This document shows, in pieces, positions 25,674-37,026 of a stretch of DNA of 64,000 nt (position 1 is its first letter; the number at the start of each line of letters is the position of its first letter). The stretch comes from Gekko japonicus (taxonomy: Eukaryota). The notes beneath the pieces were generated by a model. That model did not search any database and was not told the origin of the DNA. It saw only the letters and a list, made by a program, of their open reading frames with translations. Where the stretch lies: positions 1,203,409 to 1,267,408 of the forward strand of contig NW_015160843.1 in NCBI RefSeq assembly GCF_001447785.1. Reading direction: 5' to 3'. Made by a program: the position numbers and the translations under genes.

Positions 25674-27787
25674 TAACCCCTCCTAGCTTTGTCCAAGAAA
25701 AGCTATTGGGCTGCCATAGCCATTAAAAATAATGCCATAAAATGTGCCTTCATCTCATAGCGGTTAATTCTCCACTAATATGTTCAATTAGCATTTATGT
25801 AACACAGCAAAGAATTACCCTATTAAGGCTAAATTAAGTGCCTCCTTCATTAATTAACATTTCTTCTTTCAAGTGCTGCCAACACTGTTCCCAGGAAACA
25901 TAATATTGAAACCAAACATAATATTCACAAATCAAGAAAAACAGACTTGTTTCCATTCAGGATTTTAGATTTCTTAGAGGGATATATTGACTGTAGAGTT
26001 TATATGACATGTGGTCTTTTGCCTACTGAAAATGGCAAATTTGACTTCCGGTTTTAGCGACTTGCTGGACAGGTGTGCTCCTTTGCACTCTGACGTGAGC
26101 GCCCTGTAATCGTGGTGGACGGGAGGGGTCCTGGACAATTCCAGGGCCCCCCAGAGCCCTTGTAGGGGGCTTATTGCCTGGGGCGCGAGGGGTACCTCTT
26201 CCAAGGCAACAGCCAAGGAATTGGGGGTCCTCTTTGCCCCAATAGGTCCCACCACCATGAGACCAGTATGAAACCAGAGGCACATGCCGGGCTGAGCGAG
26301 CAAGCGATTTAGCATTTTTTGACTGGCCTCCCCTTCTTCAGTCAAATCCGTGGAATGAACTGTGAGTGCGAGTTCTCATGTAACTAATCAAGCGTTCAAG
26401 TGGATAATCGCTCCAAGCCCCAAGCTGAATTGGAGGAGGGGGAGGAGTTGCCCCCCTTAAATAACCTGCAATCTATGATCGAATGCAAGGGGCAGAAAGA
26501 TGGTTTTGAGTGGAAAAAGCAACAACTAACCAAGTATCGTGCAGAATAGAACAAAGCATGTAGAAACAATAGACTTTCAGAGACTTAATTGGATTTCACC
26601 TGTGTAAACAATGTTGATGCAAGGAGATAAAATGGCGGTTAGGAAGAAACTTCTCTCAGGAACTGCCAGCTCAGCAACATCATCTCCCAAACCGGAAGTA
26701 ACCACCGATTTTCCAAACATGTTGGCTACAGTGCTGCGCCCTCTGCTGGACCAGATGACTAATCTCAACAACAATTTTCGTGCTTTCCACAGCACAAAGT
26801 ACATAAATAAAAAATGCAAGGGGAACTTGTAAAAGGCAAAACATTCTCAAAGGATGATCACCACCACTCTCCCTGTCCTCTAGCCAGGTTTCAGTTAATG
26901 CTTGCCAGGTCAACACTTTCATCTCTGGTCAAACCATGTATCAGGGAGATCTTATTATGTAGAGATCTAGCATTAAACAAGATCAAAATGGGAGGAGTGA
27001 CAGCACCTCAACCCTCATCCCTATGAATGGAATGGATATTGTACAAAGTATAAGCACAATTACATCTCCTTCTATACAGAGCCCAGAAAGGACTAGAATT
27101 GGGCATAACAATATTCTGAAACTGAAGATATACACATCACAGGTTCGGACCATTACCATGATTTCCCAGAAAGTAACACAAATCCAAGATTCTTAGGTAT
27201 AACAAAAATCTCTTCCCTGAACAATCTGTGTTCTTTTTTTTTCATTTGTGCGTTGTGCTAGCTGACCAGACCATATGCTCATGTCTTTAAAATTCTACTG
27301 ATTTCCCAAGCCTTGGCACTTCTTCCTTCCAGTGGAGTCCTTACAACAGAAGAGCACAGTGCACTTCTAGCCAATCAGCTTTGAAGACAAGCCACAGAGA
27401 TCTGCAGTTCTCTTTTCCTTCCTCCTTTGTGGGGGTGGAGTCTTTTTATTCTTTGTAAGTCCTATGGCTGGGAAAATAGAGAGCTGGAGGCACCTTGCTA
27501 AGGGGCACATAGAGTTAATCCCTTTGGCCCAATTTGCTTGAAATTTGAGAGTGCTTTAGAGGACAGGCAGCATTTTGGTGTCATTTGGTTCAAAAACAGC
27601 CACTTCAACCCCCCCACCCAAATTCTCCTATAGGAAATAATGGCAGTCTGACAGAAAGGGGTGGGAGATATTTGCAAAGGAAGCCATTTTCACTTTGTGA
27701 AAGAAAACAGACCACAACAAAGAAGGATGGCAAATGCAGAGATTTCAGTGGAAAGGGAAGAATATTTTGTCGGCCAGTCACTGTTGT

Positions 27788-27896
27788 AGTAGCAAAATGC
27801 AGACAACATTATTTTTTCTAATGCCAATAGCCAGCTGACACAGTAGCAAAATGCAGACAATATTATTTTTTTCTAATGCCAATAGCCAGCTGACAC
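27788..27896. repeat. tandem duplication of about 54 bp
   Basis: AGTAGCAAAATGCAGACAA...GCCAGCTGACAC occurs twice. Confidence 0.9.
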
Positions 27897-29793
27897 TCTC
27901 CTGCTAGGCTGCTACTTGACCATAATTTTAGGAATCAGTAGAGAGAAGTGGGCTGTGCAGAGGGTCCCGTACTTCGGGGGTCTGTAAAATCAAGCCCCTT
28001 TGTTCAATCAGCCTGAGAATTAGGGGGTCTTTAGATTATAGGGAGGACTGTGTCTCATGGAAATTTGATGCCATTATCTGTATAAACAGCTGCAACAGGC
28101 CCTCACAGACATTCCCTATTGAAAATAATTGTCCTGAACTCCAGAATTACATGGATTTGGATCCTGAACTGGTAATGTCTTACCCTAAAATAAACAATCA
28201 TGGTAAGCATTCTCTCAAACCCCGCATTTGAAATTATGATTTTTCTCTCTCAGTGGATACCCTTAGAAAGGATCACTTTGCAAATTCTTGTTTATTAGGT
28301 TTTTTCTTGCAGCATATATAGCATATCATCCCAACAAAATTATCAACAGAATTCACTAATTACATCGTTTACCCATATTTACCATGTATTTACCCCCCCT
28401 CATTTATGTTGGAAATCCCCACTTCTTTCAAATATCCCAACCTATTCCTTTTCCCTCAGTTTCAATGCAGTTCATATGTTTACAATCTCCTGTGCTGTAA
28501 GCACTCATTTGTAAACTGATGGCATTTTTTCTCATGGTTTACAATTGTGCTGCAATTTAGACATTTAATTTCTTGCAATCTGGGGAGGAATTTCCCTATC
28601 CAATTAATTCAATAATAAAAGGCTTTGGAATAAACTCAAACTGGTATTCTGTTATGTAATAGATGAGTCTAAAGTCCTGGCTACTGAATACATCTACTTC
28701 ATACTCTTACCAAAATAATTTTATTTACACGTTCTCCAACAAAATGTGTTCACTATTGGCTGTCTGTATCTGTCACATAGCTAAGTGTGTGTTTTCATGC
28801 CTGATTAGTACACCACCAAAAAACCCTACACATAAATGAGTGGGAGATTTCAATACACCTAGTGGATCTCCGAGGTATGCAGAAGAATTGTAATTATTAA
28901 GGGAGAGAGGAATTAAAAAGACTACCCAAAAGGTTGCATTTGCAGGCGGCCCCAAGGATGCACATATACTAATTAAAACCTGAACCCAAAATACATCATT
29001 CATTCGTGTAGTTATTATAACTAATCTCAGTCAAATAATTAATAACAGGAATATTAGGGAATATTTAGTTGAGGACAGAGAGATAAGGGAGTGTGAAGAG
29101 AAAGTGATTCAGCAAATAAATAACTGAAAAGGACATTTAACATTTAGTAGAATGACACCACATGTTTTTACCATGAAGAATGATGAACTTACTCAGCTGG
29201 TCTCTATCTCAAGCGGCTTGACCTGAACAAGGAGTTTACCTGTCCAGTGGGATCCCTACCATACTCACAAATATGGTTTATTCCTTGCTGCCACCATCAG
29301 GCCACTAGACGCCTTGCAGTTAGACCCTCAGTTTGAAAAAAGAGTCCCTTCCATTTAAAATGCTATCAGCCATCATGGAGAAAAATTTGGAAATCTCACT
29401 TGTTTGAGATATTCCCCTGATACTTTGATAAATATAAGCCAAAGCATGAGGCTTTGTCTGTAGTTGCAAGGACTAAATTTTATCTTCAAGCAATAAGCAT
29501 TCATTGGATGAAACAAGTAACAATGTACAGTTGAAAAAGAAAAAAACTACAACATTTGAGCATAAGAAAAATCAAACATGTATAAATGCAATCCTCTTTC
29601 TGTAGGTCTAAAACTTACTTCTGACTCTGCTGATAAAGAGGCTGCAGTGGTTCTAGGTTTGTTGTTCGAAATGTTCGTATCAGCTTTACCTTATTTCGGC
29701 ATCTGGCTGGTCTCTGGTCCATGTGCCTGTGGGTCTCCTTCAGATGAACCATCACATCTCCATCTAAAGCATGTCTTCCCTTTCTTCCCACAA

Positions 29794-30036
29794 GCAGAAG
29801 TCCATCAGTGGCTATTAGCCACAAGGTATAGATAGGAACTCTCAGTCTGGGGCAAGTGATGCTCTGTATTCTTGGTGCTTGGTGGGGGGCAACAGTGGGA
29901 GGGCTTCTAGTGTCCTGGCCCCACTGCTGGACCTCCTGATGGCACCTGGTATTTTTGGCCACTGTGTGACAGAGTGTTGGACTAGATGGGCCATTGGCCT
30001 GGTCTAACATTGGCTTCTTTTATGTTCTTATGTTCT
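29794..30036 (+). mobile_element. CR1 3'UTR fragment
   Basis: Homologous to 3030-3250, with a TTATGTTCTTATGTTCT tail. Confidence 0.9.
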
Positions 30037-30584
30037 CTTAAACCCCCAAACCATCCCCATTCTAAATTCACTAGGTAGAAAAGGGAAAAGACTAGAAAAT
30101 TACAGCAACTTCTAAGACTCAGGAGGTCCCTGTGTGCTCAGGCCACACCAGTCCTGGCTCTCCTTTGTCCTCTTGGGCTGCATTCCTTACCATAATCTTG
30201 TAAAAATTAATAACTAAGAGGGGGGGTACTGGCTCTTTCTTTTGACAAGACTAACTGTAAGGATAGTTTGAGCATACCTCCTAAACATTCACTGAGTATT
30301 AATATAACATTCACAAAAAAGTGGAAATTATTTTGCACAACTCCCTGGAGTATGGTGTCACCTCACTGCTTACTAGTCAGCAGAAATGGATACAGATATT
30401 ACCACTAAAGATGACAATCCTGACAGGCGTGACTTTCCAAAGTGGTGTTTACACCAATTACATCACTGTCTCACTGCTTTGGGAAGCACTTTGATTTCTC
30501 TGTAAGCAGCAGGGGTTCCTCTTTGCTTGATACTCTGTTCTCTCAGGTGCTATACCAGCTAGGGACAGGAATCACTGCACATTC

Positions 30585-31060
30585 ATAGAATCACAGAATC
30601 ATAGGGTGATTTCCCACAAGTGCTGTTCCACGCTCACTCCTCCCTTATGCCCCGATGGTACGTGTCAATTTCACACAAGCTGCTGCGCGCCCACATTTTG
30701 CCCCGCAGCTTCGTGCGATTTTCCCCGCGTCCACTCAGTCCTAAAAAAACAGGATTGAGTAGACACGGGGGAAATCGCACGAAGCTGCAAGGCAAAATGC
30801 AGCTGCGCAGCAGCTTGTGTGAAATTGACACGTACCATCGGGCCAAAGAGAAGAGTGAACACGGAGCAGTGCTTGTGGGAAATCACCCATAGAGTTGGAA
30901 GAGACCTCCAGGGTCATCTAGCTCAACCCCTTGCACAATGCAGGAAATTCACAAATACCTCCCCCCACACCCTCAGTGACCGCTGTTCCATGCTCAGATG
31001 ACAAACAACCTCCAGGATCTCCAGCCAAACTGGCCTGGAGAAAAATTACTTCCTGACTGG
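30585..31060 (-). mobile_element. CR1-type 3' end ((ATAGAATC)n tail) carrying a MITE
   Basis: ATAGAATCACAGAATCATA | MITE | GAGTTGGAAGAGACCTCCAGGGTCATCTAG. Confidence 0.7.
30604..30888. mobile_element. palindromic Harbinger-like MITE with a 3-bp TSD
   Basis: Perfect TIR GGGTGATTTCCCACAAG / CTTGTGGGAAATCACCC, arms of about 140 bp, and ATA on both sides. Confidence 0.85.
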
Positions 31061-31209
31061 CAAGGCAAGTTTTTGCTCCCCTTTCCAGCAATAGGTTAAT
31101 AATACCAGTTGGGTTCACAGAGGCAAATGTTTTCATTATGTCCCTGTGACTACAGACCATGCCTCAGTCAGGGTGAGAATGAAAACAGAGGCAAACATGA
31201 GACATTCCC

Positions 31210-31439
31210 ATGAGCTAGCAAAATTCAGACTTAAACTGAAGAAAGTTGGGAAAACCACTAGGCCATTCAGGTTTGACCTAGATCACAGTGGAGTTGAAGA
31301 ATAGGTTTAAGGGACTAGATTTGATAGACAGAGATCCTAAAGAACTATGGACAGAGGTTCGTGACATTGTACAAGAGGCAGCAATCAGCACCATCCCAAA
31401 GAAAAAGAAATGCAAGAAAGCAAAGTGGCTGTCTGAAGA
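31210..31439 (+). mobile_element. BovB LINE fragment
   Basis: AKFRLKLKKVGKTTRPFRFDL and TIPKKKKCKKAKWLSE peptides. Confidence 0.85.
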
Positions 31440-32466
31440 TGGTAAAAGGCCGACTTGGCAGTGAATGCAACCTGGGTCTCCATTGTTAAGGAGGCATCCA
31501 GGAGCACCCCTAAACTCCTAACCTCTGGCACTGGCACCAATGGCACCCCATCGAAGGTCAGAAGTGGGAACCCCATCCCCGGACTGCCGCGACTCAGGCA
31601 CAGGACCTCCATCTTCGTCGGATTCAATTTCATCTGGCTCAGCCTAAGCCAACCAGCCACAACTTGTAGCACCTGATCTAGGACTTCCGGTTTGGAGTCG
31701 TACTGGCCGTCCAACAACAAATAAAGCTGGGTGTCATCCGCATACTGATGACACCCCAGTCCATACCTCTGGGCAAGAGGGCACATATAGATATTAAAAA
31801 GCACTGGGGACAACACCACCCATTGTGGCACTCCACATTCCAGTGGGTGCCTCCAGGACAGCTGATCCCCCAGCACCACTCTTTGTCCCTGACCTTGGAG
31901 AAAGGAAACAAGCCACTGTAAGGCTAGTCCCTGGATTCCAGTGTTAGTGAGGTGGTGGATCAGTAGCTGATGGTCGACCGTGTCAAATGCGGCCAACAGG
32001 TCTAACAGCAATAGCACTGCTGATCCGCCCCAATCCAGATGCCTTTGGAGGTCATCTGTGAGGGTGACCAGTGCCGTCTCCGTCCTGTGCCCAGGGCAGA
32101 AGCCTGACTGGAAGGGATCTAAAATAGAAGTGTCATCCAGAAAGCTCTGTAACTGAAGTGCCACCACCCTCTCTATTATTTTGCCCAAATAGGGCAAGTT
32201 GGAAACCAGCCAATAGTTGGCCAATTCGGTCGGGTTAAAAGATTTTTTTTTCAAGAGGCGGTGCACCACTACCTCCTTAAGTGCCCCCGGGAACTGTCCC
32301 TGAAAGAGGGACTTGTTGACAATCTCCCGTATGGCGTCCTGTAGCCCCTCGTGAGCCACTTTAATTAGTCATGACGGGCATGGATCCAAGAGGCATGTGG
32401 TGGGATGTACAGTTAAGAGCAATCTGTCAACTTCTTCTAGACTGAGCGGGTCGAAATAATCCAGAA
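31440..32466 (-). mobile_element. L2 LINE RT fragment
   Basis: ORF 31385..32359 contains NY..VSNLPYLGKIIERVV, QSGF..GH.TETAL, LLDLLAAFDTVDH, GVPQ..VLSP.LFNIY and YADDTQLY. Confidence 0.9.
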
Positions 32467-32479
32467 TGTGACCAGAGCT

Positions 32480-33953
32480 ACTAACTACAAAGCTAGCGGA
32501 GGTGATGGTATCCCAGCTGAGCTATTCAAAGTCTTAAAAGATGATGCTGTTAAAGAGCTGCACTCAATATGCCAGCAAATTTGGAAAATGCAACAGTGGC
32601 CACAGGATTGGAAAAGGTCAGTTTACATTCCAATCCCAAAGAAGGGCAATGCCAAGGAATGTTCAAACTATTGCACAATTGCACTCATATCACACGCTAG
32701 CAAGGTCATGCTCAAGATCCTACAAGCTAGGCTTCAACAGTACGTGGATAGAGAACTACCAGAAGTACAAGCTGGGTTTCGAAGAGGTAGAGGAACGAGA
32801 GATCATATTGCCAACATTCGCTGGATTATGGAGAAAGCAAGAGAGTACCAGAAAAACATCTACTTCTGCTTCATTGACTATGCTAAAGCTTTTGACTGTG
32901 TGGATCACAACAAACTATGGCAGGTCCTTAAAGAGATGGGAGTACCAGACCACCTCACATGTCTCTTGAGAAACCTGTATAAGGGTCAAGAAGCGACAGT
33001 TAGAACCGGATATGGAACAACTGATTGGTTTAGCATAGGAAAAGGAGTACGACAAGGATGTATATTGTCACCTTGCTTATTTAATATATATGCAGAGTAC
33101 ATCATGCGAAATGCTGGCCTGGATGAATCACAAGCGGGAATTAAGATTGCTGGGGAAAAGATCAACAGCCTCAGATATGCAGACGATACCACTCTGATGG
33201 CAGAAAGTGAAGAGGACCTAAAGAGCCTCTTGCTGAAGGTCAAAGAGGAGACTGCAAAAGTTGGCTTGAAACTCAACATCAAAAAAACTAAGATCATGGC
33301 ATCCGGCCCCATCACTCCTTGGCAAATAGAAGGGAAAATCATGGAAGCAGTGACAGACTTCACATTCCTGGGATCCAATATCATTGCAGATGGTGACTGC
33401 AGTCATGAAATTAAAAGATGCCTGCTCCTTGGGAGGAAAGCAATTGCAAACCTAGACAGCATAATAAGAAGTAGAGACATCACCCTGCGAACAAAAGTCC
33501 GCATGGTCAAAGCAATGGTATTCCCAGTAGTAATGTATGGCTGAGAGACTTGGACCATATGGAAGGTTGAGTGCCGAAGAATAGATGCTTTTGAATTATG
33601 GTGCTGGAGAAGACTCTTGAGCGTCCCTTGGACTGCAAGAAGATCAAATCAGTCAATCCTAAAAGAAATCAACCCTGACTGTTCCCTGGAAGGCCAGATA
33701 ATGAAACTGAAGCTCAAATACTGTGGTCACCAAATGAGAAGGGAGCACTCACTGGAGAAAACCCTGACGCTGGGAAAGATTGAAGGTAAAAAAAGAAGGG
33801 GATGGCTAAGGATGAGATGGTTAGACAGTGTTATCGATGCAAGGAACATGAAATTAAGCAAACTCCAGAGGACAACAGAAGACAGGAGGGCCTGGCATGA
33901 TGTGATCCATGGGGTTGCGAAGAGTCTGACTCAACTGTGCGAGTGAACAACAA
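32480..33953 (+). mobile_element. BovB LINE RT and 3' end
   Basis: 358-aa ORF with FIDYAKAFDCVDH, GVRQGCILSP and LRYADDTTL. One stop at 33542, then a (CAA)n tail. Confidence 0.95.
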
Positions 33954-35349
33954 AACTTTAACAGCACCTTATATTCTTTGAAGGCCAAGTCTGACATCCT
34001 CTCAAGTCAGCCATGTGCCTTGCATAGTAGCTTAAATAAATGTGGTTTGCTTGGTGCTTGGTGATTATTAAATGCTTAAGCTATATATTGGAGCAAATCA
34101 TCAGACCCTGATATAACTGTGTTGTCATCAGCCATATTTCACTGGGGAGGAATTAGACCCAATAATGTCTATGCTGTTGACAACAGTTGCTAAGAAATGG
34201 CATGAAATTTAAATTAAACAAACAAGAGGTTCTTCTTAAAACAACTTCTTTCCCCCAAACAATCTTTGTTACAAAACTCAATTATACACAAGGCTGAGCT
34301 GCAGTATGTTCTTGGAAACAAGTTTACTGCAAGCATTTCATGTTACATTCAAATTATAACCACCCTTCAGTGCAAGTGGGAGGTTCAGCTAGTATAACTC
34401 ATTGGTCTTTGCCATTTATAAAAGACACTAGAACAAGCTTTAATTCATTGAAAGTACACCACTTACATATAGATAGCTTCTCCTATTTTGGTAAGTAAAC
34501 ATAGTGTTTTCTCCTTACATAAAGGTAATAGGTGCTCTCCTGGCTAATTGGGATGGTTGTGGAAGATCAGGACCCCCCCCCCCCCCGGCACATCTATATC
34601 ATTAGCAGCAAGGATTAAGACAGTTCTCAAACTCCTTAAAGGCAATTCTCAAACTTCTGCTACTACTAAACTTCTTGTACCTTCTGCGATTCACTTGCAA
34701 AAGAACGCCACGGTACTTTCTCCGTCAACATAAAATACAAGTATCTCACATTAGTTAATAATGAATAAGTGCATACATTTTCATTTTTAATTGATATAGC
34801 TATATAGCAATATCAATCAACACATCATCCAGAGTTATGAAAACCATTTTGCATGTTATGCAGAGGCAAGCTCAAGTTTGCCACTGAGAATGCACTCATC
34901 TGGAAGGCAGCCAATCATACCTTCCTGGTCAGGATGTTTCCCAATGTCCACATTTACAAGTGCATACATACAAATAACATTTTACATTTTTAGATACACA
35001 CTTAAAAATAAGAGATCTAGACCTAAAAATATAATGTATGAAGTGACTTTCCAGTGAAGAAACAGGAGTCTGCAAGAAAGATGGAGGACCAGCAGCAGTG
35101 CATTGCCATTCTATGGGAAGCCCAGATAAGACTGGAAATTTCATCCACTTGTTCCTGAAGGCCAGTATTGCGGAAAATGAAGGAAGACTTGTTTTGATCA
35201 ATACCTGGCAAGGGAGGATCATTCTTTACCACCTTTTCATTACACCCTGCCTCCAAAAGAGGCAGGGTAACATATAAAGTTCTTCATTTTGTCCCACACC
35301 AACTGCATGAGATCAGCTGGGCTGAGAAAGAAAGATCAGAAGCACCATC

Positions 35350-35721
35350 TGTCAGTTAGCACTGCCATTCTCCGGAATGTGTGGTGGGAATCCACCATGT
35401 CTCTGCCTGTTACACTGACAAAGTCTACTGTCTGGGTTTTATCTGCTTTTGCTTTCCTGACCTTGGGATGTACCAGCTGCTGTCGACTTGCTGGGAACAA
35501 ATGGTTTCTACTTTTGCCCCCTCTCTTTTCCCCATGCGTGCGGACTTTGCTTATTGGCTTTTGCTTGTAAGGGGGGTGTTTTGAACCTAGTATAATTCAG
35601 GGTGCCCTGATGCTGTGGGCCATTCCTGACACAAGAAGTACACATGTCATAGTTATGAAATACCAATAGAATTCTTCTTATGAAGCGCTATGTGGTGTGA
35701 CCTGACTATCGAACCCTAACA
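35350..35721 (+). repeat. 5' LTR
   Basis: Direct repeat of 41157-41528, with TATAA at 35591. Confidence 0.95.
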
Positions 35722-35723
35722 GA

Positions 35724-35734
35724 GTGTCAGGAAT
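35724..35734 (+). promoter_or_regulatory. self-priming primer-binding site (Tf1 type)
   Basis: GTGTCAGGAAT is the exact reverse complement of LTR 35622-35632. There is no TGG-starting tRNA PBS. Confidence 0.8.
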
Positions 35735-35769
35735 CATCTTCCCCTCGATCCGTATCTCTCCTGACCGAG

Positions 35770-37026
35770 ATGAGTGAAGGCGAGGAAAAGACAGTCCCGG
35801 TGAAAACCAAGGAAACCATGCCAGTGACTATACACCCTGACCACAGTGCCATGCCCCACCCCCCAGGGCTAGTGGGGGGGAAGGCCCCATGTGACATCGA
35901 CCCTCTGCGGCCTGCGATGGGGAAAATTCAAAGCAGACACCCAGGAGACATGGACGCTCACCCCTGGACCACACAGAGGGAGCTGCTATGACCTGCCCTG
36001 AGGGCCCTGGCTCTGAGATGAGGGGGATGCAGTGCATCACAGGCCAGGCAGAGAGGAGGAGTTTGTGGGACTCTGACTGGAACTCCTGGAAAAACCCTAT
36101 GGCGAGATGATGAAGAAGGTGGAGGATTCACTCCTAAGCATTCCCCAGATCATGGTCGAGGTGGTGCACTACTCTGGGGGAACAACTAGCTTTTCCAGCC
36201 TCACCTCCCCCCAGGGATCAAGCGCCAGAGCCCTGGTCTCGGGATGCGCCAGAGGTACACAAGCCGGCAGAGCTACTGGATGCCATCTTCAATGGGACAC
36301 CTGAGAAGCTGCCGTTCTTTGTGGTGCGGGCGGAGAAATTCATCACCAATTGGGAGAGAGTGGACGAGTTCATGTGGGTTCTCCGAGCGCAGTACGAAGA
36401 CCCTAACACCAGTGATTAGTGCAGTACGAAGACCCTACCACAAGTGCACGCGCATGCCTATCTGTGTACTTTCAAACAAGGCAAGAAGACGGTGAGGGAA
36501 TACTTTGAGGAGTTCAAAAAGCACGCCGTGAAAATCCAGGGCTGGCTGGATGGCATGATGGCTGAGCAGTGCCGGTTGGGTCTGCACCCAGAGATATGCG
36601 AGATGGTCCTGCATAGTGTTCAACCCGTGTCTCTCGACACTTGGATGCAGGAAGTGGCTGATGCTGAGAACTGGCTGAGGACCATCTGCATCGACAACGC
36701 AGCCACCCTGGGGAAGGTAGGACTGGCAATGCCCAAACCCAAGACCCCAAAGCTGAAGGAGGGGGTGCAGGAGCAGCGCATGAAACAAGGCCTGTGCCTG
36801 AGATGTGGGGAAGTGGGCCACTTCTCCACTGCCTGCCCAGGGGGTGGGGCCCTGGCGGCACCCCAGAAGGAGCCAGAGAAGAAGCGGGTGGACACCCCAG
36901 TGAGGAAGAGTTTGGTTCGGCCCAAGTTCCAATGAGCTCTGCAAGCTGAGGTTCCTGGCAGAAGAGCTGGGAATGAGCAGCAAGGAGGATGATGAGCCGG
37001 CGGGAAAAGGGCAGGGCTTGCTGTAA
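35770..37026 (+). pseudogene. gag: chromovirus gag (frameshifted)
   Basis: Capsid-like QGKKTVREYFEEFKKHA and a CCHC knuckle CLRCGEVGHFSTAC. The C-terminal segment ends AGKGQGLL*. Confidence 0.85.

Noticed and set aside
28280-28770. Possible L1 remnant on the minus strand
   Set aside because: Only base composition suggests it; no motif is recoverable.
29615-29790. Candidate minus-strand exon ending at a GTAAGT donor, with a WRCDG word in another frame
   Set aside because: No adjacent polypyrimidine tract, the LDL-A cysteine spacing is absent, and the peptide is not recognised.
36390-36447. Short direct repeat in gag (GCAGTACGAAGACCCTA twice)
   Set aside because: A simple local duplication during decay, not a CRISPR-like or functional array.
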